Shown in pieces: positions 32,451 through 45,356 of a DNA stretch of 52,866 bases. The notes beneath the pieces were generated by a model. The model ran no database searches and had not been told where the DNA came from. It was given only the letters and a program-made list of their open reading frames with translations. Position numbers and translations under genes: made by a program. The stretch's first letter is position 1, and each line of letters opens with the position of its first letter. The stretch covers positions 144,041,995-144,094,860 of the forward strand of contig NC_068983.1 of NCBI RefSeq assembly GCF_001194135.2, in the 5' to 3' direction. This stretch comes from Octopus bimaculoides. Its lineage: Eukaryota.

Positions 32451-33689
32451 GAAGGTAATGTTCTTTAACCATTAGATACACACACACTTACGCACGCTCA
32501 CACATATGTGGGAATATATGTGTGTAAGTATGTATGAGTGATGTATGTCTGTATGTATGTGTGCGCGTGTATTTGTGCGTTCGTATGTAAATACAGAAAC
32601 ATAAGAAATAAACTCATGGTGACATCCATAGCCATCTCTGAACTCTGACAAGTCAAAAGCAACTTTAATCATTAACATGAATAGCTAGGATAATACTGCC
32701 GCGAGCAGATTATAGTTTGATTTTAATCCAGTTAAATTTTACCAGTCTGAAGGGAAATTACTGAGTTGAAATTCATTTCAATTTTGCTGAACGTGTCAGT
32801 TTAGTGGCCTGAAGAATGAGTAACTACATATTTTTTGACACTTCATAATTCAGCCTCAGTAACCATATTTATGCCGCCGGCGCGCTAGTTTGATCTTAAT
32901 ATTACTTTAAAATACACAAATTTGATAGTTTTCATTCAGTGGCTGTATAACTTTTTTGTTGATAAACTCAAATATATTGCATTCTTTTAACTAATGACGG
33001 GGAAATATAATAATAAAATATTCAACATTGAATTTATTGAAAATTCATAACATTGAATTAGTAAGATTGACAAAAAATATTTATGTAGATGCGTGTTTGA
33101 ATTGTTCATAAAACTGAGCTAACGAAATATGAGTACGAATATGTTACTGCAGATGACAGAAAGATACTTTTGCGTTTGGAATTTTCCTAATTTGGAAATT
33201 TAATGCTCATCCGAGGTTTATATTGCAAATTATTGCTAACTTCACGTAATAAAAGCAATATATACATACATACACACATACATACATACATGCATATATA
33301 TCTATATACATACACACATACATACATGCATACATATATATATGTATGTATGTAGGTATNNNNNNNNNNNNNNNNNNNNNNNNNNNNNNNNNNNNNNNNN
33401 NNNNNNNNNNNNNNNNNNNNNNNNNNNNNNNNNNNNNNNNNNNNNNNNNNNNNNNNNNNTATTATTATTATTATTATTATTATTATCATTATTATTATTA
33501 TTATTTTTAGTAGTAGTAGTAGTGATATTAGTATTAGTAGTAGTGATAGTACTAGTCGTATTAGAGTTATTAGCGTTAATAGTAGTATTGCTTCTCCTCT
33601 AATATGTATATATATATATAGTTAATTAATAAAACATATACCAGAAAAGAAGCAGACTCTAAAGAATAGAGCAGTAATTGTTACAACAA

Positions 33690-34185
33690 AAAAAATTTAT
33701 ATCTTGGGCATAGAGTTATCCAAGCTTTTGTATCCACAAAGCCAAAGCCTTGTAGGCAGCTCTTCAGACTCTATATGAAGACAAAAATGTCTCCGTCGCG
33801 GACGTGGGGAAACGTTTATAAAGCGAAAATACGTCTTAACGAAAATACATTAATGAGGACGGGTTGTCTCTCCTGAACCAGAGGATGAAACAACCCTTAT
33901 AAACCCAAAAAGGTCTGACCCGCAAACGGGGAGATCCAATTTTCCAGTAGGTAGCGCTTGAAGTGGACACATTTAGAAAACACTTCTTTACGACTATTTA
34001 ACACACCAGGTTCGTATAGTCCTTAAGAATTCTGGCTCTCTCCGCGATGCAGATCTTGAAATGGCCACTTCCATTAATATATGGGCCCAGATGGTCAATT
34101 ATTTTCCACCTGATATCATACGGGATCCCTTGATCTTTGAGGAGCAACACATGGCAGACTAGGGACGTGACAAACCGTCTTTCTG
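33690..34185 (-). mobile_element. PLE 3' fragment (endonuclease C-terminus plus terminal repeat)
   Basis: LKDQGIPYDIRWKII...PYINGSGHFKICIAERARI resembles the PLE C-terminal LKDxxxxYxIxWKI...PY...CxLCxxEK region. A hammerhead relic lies at 33772-33712. Confidence 0.7.
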
Positions 34186-34833
34186 GGACTCTGAAGGATG
34201 ACTGGTGGTTGCATATACGCATACACATATATAAACACACACACACATATATGTGAATGTTTGTAGTGCGTGTGTAAATTCATGCATATGCATATATCCA
34301 TATCAGCGGAGAATGAGAAATAGTACGTTTGACCAGAAGTACTGAGCAGTATTTATTGATGCTTATGCCACTTTGCATTTGGTAGTTTACGTGAACAATG
34401 AGATAATTATCCGGCAATGCATTTTTTAAGCTGACTAGCATGGTCATAGACAATATCTGAAACCAATGAAATGTATGCTATAAAAGCATGATGAAACTAC
34501 ATACTTAGTTAATCGCTCTAATCTTTGCGAACTGTATTTATCATATAGCCTTTACTTCTATAAATGTAAGGTCATCGATACATCGACGTAGAGCATAGTT
34601 CAGGAAATTTCCTGAAACCGTTACATGGCTGGCATTTATTATGTATCATGCTTCGATGAGATGAATGTATGAACAGTGAAATTGAACCCAACCAACAAGA
34701 TTTTCTCATATAGAAAACAGCTTCACACTTTTTTACGACTTTGCATTCTCACTGAGTATTTATGTCACGTATATAAATTCGTCACCACAATTTCGGATGC
34801 TTACATCCTCTATTATAACAAAATAATTGAAAG

Positions 34834-34835
<2 letters not shown>

Positions 34836-34915
<80 letters not shown>

Positions 34916-35155
34916 NNNNNNNNNNNNNNNNNNNNNNNNNNNNNNNNNNNNNNNNNNNNNNNNNNNNNNNNNNNNNNNNNNNNNNNNNNNNNNNNNNNNN
35001 NNNNNNNNNNNNNNNNNNNNNNNNNNNNNNNNNNNNNNNNNNNNNNNNNNNNNNNNNNNNNNNNNNNNNNNNNNNNNNNNNNNNNNNNNNNNNNNNNNNN
35101 NNNNNNNNNNNNNNNNNNNNNNNNNNNNNNNNNNNNNNNNNNNNNNNNNNNNNNN

Positions 35156-35207
<52 letters not shown>
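34836..35207. repeat. (GA)n, N gap, (CA)n
   Basis: Direct reading. Confidence 0.9.
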
Positions 35208-35209
<2 letters not shown>

Positions 35210-35478
35210 TAACTCCAATGTGATGTTTACAGTTGTTATTGTTCCACTTTTAACACTGTCATTTTGCTCTGCAATAATATTTTTTCACAACACTGCGGTG
35301 TTGTAAATATATAAAAATATATTATATCACGCTGTGCTTTTGTCCATTTGGTTCTCAACTCCATTGTCGATTTCTACTAAGCTATGCTTATGGTCTCCAT
35401 GTTTTTACTTTACCATGATTTTTATATCAATAGTTTTAACCCACATAATTCTTTACTTCTACTTTAGTTTACATCGTA

Positions 35479-36725
35479 CGAGAGTTGGCTGAAAAATTTA
35501 TAGGGCGACTATAAAAGGGTGTGATGCTAGAGCTATGAAATCTTGCATACATTAATTTCAACTTTTCTAATTAATAACTACATTGTTTCTTTCCAACTAA
35601 ACTGACATATGATTCCAAATGTAACAAGTAGCGACTTCTCTTGGAAATGAAGAAAGTTTAGCATCGTGCAGAAAAAGGGTTTATTCCTCAGCGACATTCA
35701 TATCGATGAGGACGCAACAGCTTTATCAATTGTATAAAACGAGGCAGCTGAGTTTAGGGAGGGAAACGAGAGTCTTGAAGATGACCCAAAGTATGAACTT
35801 CTAGCAACTGCTACCACCGAGTGTAACATTGAACGTGTTCACCGCATGGTCATAGATGGCAGGTGATTGACTATAACTTAAATAATCTATGCTATTAGCA
35901 TATCTCGTGAGAGAGTTGAGAATATTCTGCACTATGAACTTGGCAAGACAAAAGTTCTTGCTTGGTGAGTACCACGTCTTCAGACACCTAATCAAAAGCG
36001 CAGCAGGCTGATCACATCACAGGAAAATCTAACATTGTTTGAAATAGAGATCCAGCTGGTTTCCCTCAGCGTTTCTTAATCCAGTATAAATGTAGGGTTC
36101 ATCACTTTAAGCCAGATACAAAGAGACAATCCATGCAGTGGAAACATCTCTCTTCACCTGCTCCAAAGAAGGCAAGGTCGTTTCATATGCTGAGAAGGAG
36201 ATGTTCTCAGTGTATAGGGATGCAAATGGCATTGTCTCTACCGACTATATTCAAAAGGGCCAACCATCAATTGAGAGTACTATACCAACTTGATGAGGCA
36301 GTTACTAAAAGGCTACGAAAACCAAATGCCGACGAAAAGGAGTCTAGGTCTAGTTTCATAAAGACAGTGCTCCAGCACACAAGTCCTTGGTGTCAATGGC
36401 TCCTGTGCATGACCGTGCCTTGAAACTGGTTGATCACCCTCCCTCTTCTCCTGATTTGGCCCTATCTGACTATCATCTACTCCACAACAGGAAAAAAAAA
36501 ACACTTGACTAGGAACCTATATCGCAGTGATGATGACGTCATATCTGCTGTTATGAATTTTTGCCGAACAGGATGAAAACTTCTTCATCAATGGTATTTA
36601 AGCGCTTCAACACCGATGGGAAAAATGTGTGGAGTAGGAAGGAAACTATTTTGAAAAATAAACCTCGTTTGTCACATTCCATGAGAGTATCTTGGTCAGT
36701 CTATGAACTTTTCAGCCGATCCACG
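35479..36725 (+). mobile_element. full-length decayed mariner transposon
   Basis: TIR-like ends CGAGAGTTGGCTGAAAAATTTATAGG and CTATGAACTTTTCAGCCGATCCACG, each flanked by TA; about 1.25 kb. Motifs SLEDDPK, MQWKHLSSPAPKKA and HPPSSPDLALSDYHL. Confidence 0.92.
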
Positions 36726-37974
36726 TAACTGTAGTTCTTAATTCTCATTTGAGTTTTACGCTATTGTGGATTTTACCTATTTCTGCTATCAACTCTAATG
36801 TAGACTGTTAATAATTACCTCTATTATCGATTAAACTGTACATATCAATCATTTACACCTGGGACCATAGACATCTTAATCATGACTATACAAACTTGTA
36901 GACTAAGCATTTCTTTTGTTACAGTCCCCTTCCTATTTTGAGACATGAGGAATTTGGCAGCTATCTAAAACATTAAGAGTGTTTCCTTAGAGAAACCCTT
37001 GCTTACTCAAGACTCTTTTGGTCCATAGTAGGTTTTATTTATGTTGGAGTTTAACTCAGTGGGTTCGTTTTATGTGCTGTAAATTTTATTCTTCTAAGGT
37101 CTTCACTTCACTCTACTTTTCTTGTGTAAGCACACAGAAGGGCTTAAATTAAGAACTACATTTTAATAAGCCTGCCACCAATAGTACAATACATCGTTTA
37201 TATAGCAAGATGGTGATGAGGAGCACAGCTTTTTTTTCATTTATCAGAAATACTTCTAATTGATGTTATGTATTTAGGGTAAGAAAATGTAGCAGAGACA
37301 AGCTCTTTAGTAAGTTACACTATGTAATGGACGTATATGTATTCATGTTTGTATAGTAATGGAATACACTCACTAATTATTCAGTGGTGCTGCTGAATTG
37401 TGATGCTTTTACATAGGTATACTATTTGGACTGTGCTAGTTAATAATTAAGCATATATCTTTGAGGCAGGGTCCAGAAAGAAAAAAAAAGCGCAGACTAC
37501 ATGATATGAAACAGCATGCTTTGGCTTTGTGAATGGTGCTCTGATCATTCAATTCTCTGGATCAATTTATTATTTACTTCCAAATATGGAAAGAAAGTCT
37601 TTGGTAATAAGAAAACTCGTCTGATCAGAACACTGTTTTTCATTTTAAAAAATGCAACTTTCGGAAATTCTGCGATATTATATATAATTTTTCACTTTGT
37701 AAGTAAAGGAAGAATAAGTATTTTAAACGAAAAAATATTATACTTGACATTTCATATACACATAAACCAAATATCAGGCTTTTTTATTTCATTTTGCAGA
37801 GATGAGAAATCACCGATTACTAGATAAATGACTTTTTTCCTGTTTTAGGTTCGAAATATTTTTCTCGTAAACGGTTGACGTAGGTTGATAACCACACACA
37901 AATATACACACAAATGCAACACACGTATTTATATATATACGAACACAAGTATGTGATAAATTCTTACGCACGCA

Positions 37975-37984
37975 TGCACGCACG

Positions 37985-38067
<83 letters not shown>
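37975..38067. repeat. (CA)n microsatellite
   Basis: Direct reading. Confidence 0.95.
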
Positions 38068-38071
<4 letters not shown>

Positions 38072-38226
38072 GCCACTTTACACACAAGAAATGAGAAATA
38101 AACATTAGTGACTTTCCTTTATATATTTGTGGATAAAGTATTATTTCATAGTTAGCTCTATCTAGCTAACTCTGACAACCTCTTTGTATCTTATACTTTC
38201 ATTCATTCATCCATCCATTCTTTATT

Positions 38227-38269
<43 letters not shown>

Positions 38270-38311
38270 GTGTCAGTATAAATGTTTGTATGTGCGCACG
38301 TGTGCATGTGT

Positions 38312-38420
38312 AGGCGCGTGGCTTAATGGTTAGTGTATTGCACTCATAATCGTAAGATAAGATTATGGTTTCGATTCATAGATTGTGCGATACTCTGTTT
38401 TTTTTCTTTTGAAAAACACT
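38312..38420 (+). mobile_element. tRNA-derived SINE head, family C
   Basis: aggcgcgtggcttaatggttagtg (A-box-like) ... ggtttcgattc (B-box-like). Does not fold into a cloverleaf. Confidence 0.55.
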
Positions 38421-38445
38421 TATACATACACGCACACACATACGC

Positions 38446-38476
<31 letters not shown>

Positions 38477-38479
38477 CAC

Positions 38480-38600
38480 GTTGTCAGTTGTTGATTTTCC
38501 GGGCCCGTATATTAATGGAAGTGGCCGTTGCAAAATTTGTATATCAGCCGAAAAGTTGTGTTAACAACGAACAAGATGAGGACAAATATCTGTCAAATTC
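38480..38600 (+). mobile_element. short PLE fragment homologous to 34040-34110 (minus), fused to a terminal-repeat-like piece
   Basis: gggcccgtatattaatggaagtggccgttgcaaaatttgt (GPYINGSGRCKIC) versus the reverse complement of 34050-34090. Confidence 0.6.
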
Positions 38601-39056
38601 ACACCAGTATCCCACAACGCTATCTATGTCACAATAAATTTTAATTCCAAAACAACACAATCGAATACTAATATAGATCATATTACTAGTTCTCCTCCAC
38701 TACCGACAGGCCGATCAGGTTTAACCTTACGAAAACAGAACACCATCTACTCTTGTAAGCATAGATTTTATTCAACTTTTATGCACTTTGATGATTCTGG
38801 ACAGATTTGAGAACCAGCTTTCACACCCATTGAAACTTATTCTAACTACTTAAACAACATTCATTTCCTCTCTCCTACTACCTATAGAACCATCAGTAAC
38901 TTTACTTTTACCATGTATTGTATCTCTTCTTCCTACTACTCTCTCTAAAACACCTCCATTTCCAGTCCTCATGCATATGGCTTTCTATAAGTTCACTCAG
39001 TTGTTAACTCTCATTATGACAACCCATTAAATGTGAATCTTTCTGGTACATTACTT

Positions 39057-39145
39057 TTCCCCGAAGAAGCAGGCGGTGTCCAATAATGGATGTAAATATC
39101 CTTTATTTGTCTGGACAACTGGACTCCCAGAAACGGCTGTCGGAC
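39057..39145 (+). ncRNA. hammerhead-like motif with long branched stem II (U4C core)
   Basis: tcc-CCGAAGA-(tgtcca/tggaca, aataa/ttatt and ggat/atcc helices)-GAAAC-GGCT-GTC-gga. Upstream sequence weakly resembles a GIY-YIG C-terminus. Confidence 0.5.
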
Positions 39146-39232
39146 TTTTAATACTCAAATCTTTTATGTTTTACCTTTTTTATGGACTCTATCTAATTCT
39201 ATAATATCGTTTTTATTCTGTAAATCGGTCTC

Positions 39233-39271
<39 letters not shown>

Positions 39272-39898
39272 NNNNNNNNNNNNNNNNNNNNNNNNNNNNN
39301 NNNNNNNNNNNNNNNNNNNNNNNNNNNNNNNNNNNNNNNNNNNNNNNNNNNNNNNNNNNNNNNNNNNNNNNNNNNNNNNNNNNNNNNNNNNNNNNNNNNN
39401 NNNNNNNNNNNNNNNNNNNNNNNNNNNNNNNNNNNNNNNNNNNNNNNNNNNNNNNNNNNNNNNNNNNNNNNNNNNNNNNNNNNNNNNNNNNNNNNNNNNN
39501 NNNNNNNNNNNNNNNNNNNNNNNNNNNNNNNNNNNNNNNNNNNNNNNNNNNNNNNNNNNNNNNNNNNNNNNNNNNNNNNNNNNNNNNNNNNNNNNNNNNN
39601 NNNNNNNNNNNNNNNNNNNNNNNNNNNNNNNNNNNNNNNNNNNNNNNNNNNNNNNNNNNNNNNNNNNNNNNNNNNNNNNNNNNNNNNNNNNNNNNNNNNN
39701 NNNNNNNNNNNNNNNNNNNNNNNNNNNNNNNNNNNNNNNNNNNNNNNNNNNNNNNNNNNNNNNNNNNNNNNNNNNNNNNNNNNNNNNNNNNNNNNNNNNN
39801 NNNNNNNNNNNNNNNNNNNNNNNNNNNNNNNNNNNNNNNNNNNNNNNNNNNNNNNNNNNNNNNNNNNNNNNNNNNNNNNNNNNNNNNNNNNNNNNNNN

Positions 39899-39940
39899 AT
39901 GAAGGGATATATAAAATAGATCGGAAACAGCTGTAAGACC
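39899..39940 (+). ncRNA. hammerhead-like motif truncated by an N gap (same family as 9628-9683)
   Basis: [gap]ATGA-AGGGAT...ATCG-GAAAC-AGCT-GTA-AGAC. Confidence 0.45.
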
Positions 39941-40035
39941 TTCTCTTTATAAATGCGCTGAAATCTTTCACAGCCTTGGATTTTTATCTCATTCTGTTAA
40001 TTTTATATATATATATTTGTGTGTGTGTGTGTGTG

Positions 40036-40095
<60 letters not shown>

Positions 40096-43001
40096 TCTAT
40101 TGATAGATGGATAGTTTTTAGCACTTGGTTGATTTATAAAACTTCTGCTAGCTGCCTTTAGTCGGTACAATTACGATCGATATGAAATTCAAGGAAGAAT
40201 CTTATTTATATATAACTAAGGCTAATAAAGTACTCAAAAATTTAGCTATATACATATGAATTAATGCCTTAAGAGATCTAAAGAAACCTGGCAGTCATCT
40301 CTATACATAAATGGGTACTGGTGTTAGAAAAAAAATCTATATTTGTTTCAAATTCAGGAAAATTCAGCTCAAAGTTCTTGATAAAATATTGTAAGTTTTA
40401 AAGAGAAAGTTAGTTGATAGAAAAGGGAAGGAAGTGGAAAAGAGGACATAGAAAAATCAAAATGAAACACAGACGAGCGAAAGAAAGCAAAAGTATTTCA
40501 TATTAAACAAATACGGTAAACATACAGAATCTGGGATATTGTATCTTCGTTTCTGCAAACGAAGTTGGTGTTGTTTTATAACCTGCGCGTAGAATAGTAT
40601 CCAGTAAATTCATCACTGTAAATTAATTAAGGGTAATTAATTGTGTTAAGTACCTTGTCAGTAATTTCACCAGCTAGTATTTTTCTCGCCTGGGAATTAC
40701 ATCGCGAGCTAACACATCATTGGTAAAAATTATCGCCGCGTTTGTGCATAACATTATTTAAGGATATTATTCACAGAGTAAATACATAAAATTTCATTAA
40801 TAATATGAAAAGAATTTTAAAGAGAAAAAATATATTATCAATATAAAATTTCTTCAATGTATTTATGAGCAAAACGAAAATCGAAGTTACTTTTAAAAAC
40901 AAAATTAAAAATAAAATCTATAGTTAAAAAAATGACAATTTTAAATTGCAGGAAGGAAGAATCATTTTAAAGAAGAGAAACCAAGAATAACGCTTCTTAA
41001 ATAATCCAGTATTTCGCAGTTTTGATATTCATTGATGATATATCGAATCCTCGAGGCAATTTCTGTGTGCAATGTGATATCCCTGAAGCAACGATATGCC
41101 ATTCGATTATTACTTCCTTATTTTTTTCAAGATTTCTCATGATTTCTAGCACGCTAACGAAATTTGACATTTATTTTGTGAAAAACAAAAAATAAAGAAA
41201 AACAAGATTAAATAATGTTTAGAGATATATTAACTTTGCAGATAAAAAGTGTAACGATAAATTTACAGGCGATGTAACTAACCTGGCATTATATCGACGA
41301 TATATTGGCTTACGAAGTAACTACCTGCGATGAAATTACAGAATATACAACAGATGATGAAATTACAGGTGTATTCTTTACCGCAATATGATAACCTGCG
41401 ATAATTCTACGACATTGAATTTATAGCTAATACGCAAAAACACTACTCTGGGTTAACTGTGAAGCAGCTGCTAGTTACTTTTAGTCTTTGCGAAAACGAT
41501 CACTACAAAATTCGAAAACGAATCAGATTGGTTTCGAATCCAGCTCACTTTCTTTCGGAAACTTACGGCGTCTAAAATGCTCGGCTGGCTTAGTTATGCA
41601 CTTATAATTACATGTCTTGATAAATCTACAGAAAATCTAAGGCATTCTATATACTTAAAGACACACACATATTAATAGTTATTTACTAATTTATTCAACA
41701 TTATTTACATTATTTACATTCGACGGATATTTAATATAGAACTGTAATTTATTCAAATTTAGAACTGTTGCCACGCCCGTTTCTGCTGCTTAAAAGTAAA
41801 TGAGTCAGAAATCTAAACTTTAAGCATTGGTTGCATCATATGGAGGTTTTCATATCTTGAGCTTGGCCTATTTCGTAACCTCTGCATCACTAGATCCTTT
41901 GCCAGTATGGCACATGAACTGCCATTCTTTGCAAGTTTGGGTGACAGCTAGAAAGCAGAATGAGCTTTCTGCTACCTATCAGCAAACGTGCAGTAATTCC
42001 AGATAAGGACATAACTAACGATCTACTTGAGTGAGGAAACTTTTTTTTACCGAAATTAGGTTGATCAAATATGTTTCTCCCGTTTCAGAAACATCAACGA
42101 AAGCTCAAGATACCGCCAATTGACTGATCACCGTAAAAGCTTAATTTCTATCTGGAATCAAGAGTAATTCATTTTGTTTAAACACAGTGTTCAGCTGTTG
42201 AATACCCTAGTTGGTTACCTACAGAATTTATCGACTGGGAGTTTGCAGTTTTCGTTCCAACTGTACAGAGTTGCAGTTCCAACTGGAACTGGCAGATCAC
42301 ACTCTTCAAGACCGATTCACTCATGGATTTCTGATACAAATCAGTTATTTGTTGCATATGGGAGAAATATAGTGATTTTATGCATGTTATTCATGCTATA
42401 GCATGTCCTCTGTCTTGTCTGATTATGTCAGACTAACGGAGGAAAGTATTAAAAGGCCTGGAGATCAGTACTTTCAGCTCGTACAGCAATCTCCCGATTC
42501 TCATATTAGTGGATATAAGTGTAAGGAACGAGAGAGTGTCAGATTTTATGCAGTTCTATCTTAAATAAACTTTGAAATATCTAGCAAATGCAGATTATAT
42601 ACTCTGCTCTCTCTTTCTCAATGTTTTTGTTCCTATTCCTCAATAAAAAAACAGAAATAGAGAAGGAGAGAGAAAGAAAATAAACAGTAAGTTGAGATCA
42701 CAAACCAAGAAGTGAGACTAATGAGATTGATGGTTTCCTACTTGTGTTTACAACTTGTGTCAAGATGGAAAAATCCACGTTCAAACCCACGCTGTCATTG
42801 AGAGTAAAACTGCGAGGCAAAAGATTAAAAGATTGACAGATCTACAATAAAGGGTCAAGTAGTCTCTCATGCGGTAAACTTCAAGGAAAACTATTTTTTT
42901 CCGAATGACGTGTCATCCATTGATTGGATCATTGCATTAGCATTTTTCCTTCTCTAGAACCATGATTCATTTTGGTGGACATTTAGGTTTAGATGGTAGC
43001 C

Positions 43002-43002
<1 letters not shown>

Positions 43003-43036
<34 letters not shown>

Positions 43037-43231
43037 GCGCGCACACACACGCGCGCGCACACATACACACATATATATATGCATAAATATGCATATATAT
43101 ACAAACATACACACGCAAACACACACACACACACAAATATATATATACACATCCATATATATGCATATATATACATATATATGTATGTGTATATATATGT
43201 ATACACGTATACATAAACATGTGTATACATG

Positions 43232-43287
<56 letters not shown>

Positions 43288-43290
43288 ATA
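43003..43290. repeat. compound TA/CA microsatellite
   Basis: Direct reading. Confidence 0.95.
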
Positions 43291-43428
43291 CACACAAATG
43301 TATGTTATGTGTGTGGGCGCAATGCACATATGGAATGAAAATTTCTTTTTATGCTATCAATTTGTAGTATTTTTCTGTCTCAATTTCTTATCTGTTCTAT
43401 GAACTTATATGCCTACATAATATATATA

Positions 43429-44390
43429 CAGGGGTCGGAAAAAATAATGGAAACACCTTAAAATTTCAAGCAAATTTATTTTAATATGAGGTAGGACCGC
43501 CTTTGGCAGTAATTACAACTTGGATTCAACGAGGTATGGACTCGTACAAAGTTTGAATTGTTTCCAAAGGAATTTTTGTCCATTCTTCAGCTAAAACAGT
43601 CTCCAGTTCTTGTAGTGATGATGGTGGAGGATATCGACTCCTTCCTTGTTTTTCTAAAATGCGCCATAAATGTTCAATAATATTGAGATCTGGGCACTGT
43701 GGTGGCCAGATAAGATATTCAACTTTACTAGAATGTTCCTCGTGCCATTCAGTAAAAAATTTAGCTGTGTGAATTGGTGCATTATCATCCTGAAAGAATG
43801 CGTTTCCTCCGGAAACAGTTCCGCAACCATAGGATGAATTTGATAAAATAAAATGCTTAAACAGTCTTGACTATTAATTCTGCCATGAAGGAAAACCATT
43901 GAACCGGCAGAATTCCAAGATATAGACCCCCAAATGATTACAGATCCTCCTCCATATTTAACAGTTGGAAGAAGGCAGACTGGGTCAAATGCTTCTTTTG
44001 GCTGTCTCCACACGTATACTCGGCTGGTAGTCGGAAATAAGGTAAAGGATGACACGTGCGAGAAAATAACAGTCTTCCACTGCTCTAGGGACCAATCCTG
44101 TAGGTTTTTACTCCACTCTAAACGCTTTCCAACATTTATTTTTCAAAGTAGTTGTTTTCTGATTGCAGCCCTCTCGTGAAATCCGACTTTGTGCAGCTCC
44201 CAGCGAACAGTTTTTTGTGGAAACTGGGTTATCGAGGTGGTGATTAAGCTCTGCAGTAATTATGGAAGCTGTACTTTCATGATCCTTTCTAACAATTCGC
44301 ATAAGAGTTCGACGGTCCCTATCTTGAGCAGATGAAAGACTTTGGCCTTTTTTGGAGTAGGTGAAGAGAGGTGTTTCCACGGCATAGATT
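43429..44390 (-). mobile_element. Tc1-family (DD34E) transposon, 5'-truncated and decayed
   Basis: TA-CAGGGGTCGGAAAAAATAATGGAAACACC terminus. Protein pieces RDRRTLMRIVRKDH and SSFTLFPTTSRVYVWRQPKEAF...TVKYGGGSVIIWG...GRINSQD, plus frameshifted QDDNAPIHTA. Confidence 0.92.
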
Positions 44391-44599
44391 GTCTCTTTGT
44401 CTCTGTCTCAAAGTGGTTAACCCAACACTAAGAACCCAACATTAATAAACGTTGAAGGAGACCAGCTGGATCTGCATCAGCAATGTCAGATTTTCCTGTG
44501 ATGTGATCAGTCTGGTGCACTTTTGATCAGGTGTCAGAAGACGTGGCACCTACCGAGCAGAAACGTTTGTCATAGCAAGTTCATTGTGAAGAGTATTTT

Positions 44600-45010
44600 C
44601 AACATTTTCACAGGATATGCATTGGCTACCTGTTTTATAATCAATCACATGTCATCCATTAGCATGTGGTGAACACGATCAATGTTTTCCTCGGTGATGG
44701 CATTTGCTGGAGGTCCAGGCTTTGCGTCACATTCTAGATTCTCCTTTGCCGTCCTAAATTCAGCTGCATACTTTTGCGCTGTTGATAAAGCTGGAACGTC
44801 ATTTCCTAATGTAGTGACCATGTCAGCATGAATGTCCTTGGGTGCCAAAACGTTTTTCCTGCAAGCACTTGAAAGCACCTCGATGCCAAATTTTGTCCAT
44901 TTCCAAGAGCAGTAACTACTAGTTATTTCTGAAGCTTTCTTTGAACAGTCAGATGTCAGTTTAGCTAAACAGAAACAATGCAGCTATGAATAAATGTTGA
45001 AATTAATGTA
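44600..45010 (-). mobile_element. mariner 5' fragment (same family as 35479-36725)
   Basis: LAPKDIHADMVTTLGND...AAEFR...ENLECDAKPGPPANAITEENIDRVHHM, the HTH region of mariner transposases. Confidence 0.85.
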
Positions 45011-45121
45011 TGCAAGATTTCACATCTCTAGTAGGTGTGCCTGTGTGTAAATATCATATATGTGTGTATGTATCTGTGTATAAGAGAGAGAGAGAGAGAA
45101 GGAGCGAACGAATAAGAAAGA

Positions 45122-45165
<44 letters not shown>

Positions 45166-45285
45166 AGAAGGAGCAAGCGAGCGAGAGAGAGAGAGAGAAG
45201 AGAGAAGGAGCAAGCGAGCGAGAGANNNNNNNNNNNNNNNNNNNNNNNNNNNNNNNNNNNNNNNNNNNNNNNNNNNNNNNNNNNN

Positions 45286-45356
<71 letters not shown>

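Noticed and set aside
42174-42401. GC-balanced island; one frame reads ELADHTLQDRFTHG (Gypsy gag LRDRF-like), with an 8-bp hairpin cagttcca-ac-tggaactg
   Set aside because: Similarity rests on a few residues, and no LTR, knuckle or pol was found nearby. An HMM search would be needed.
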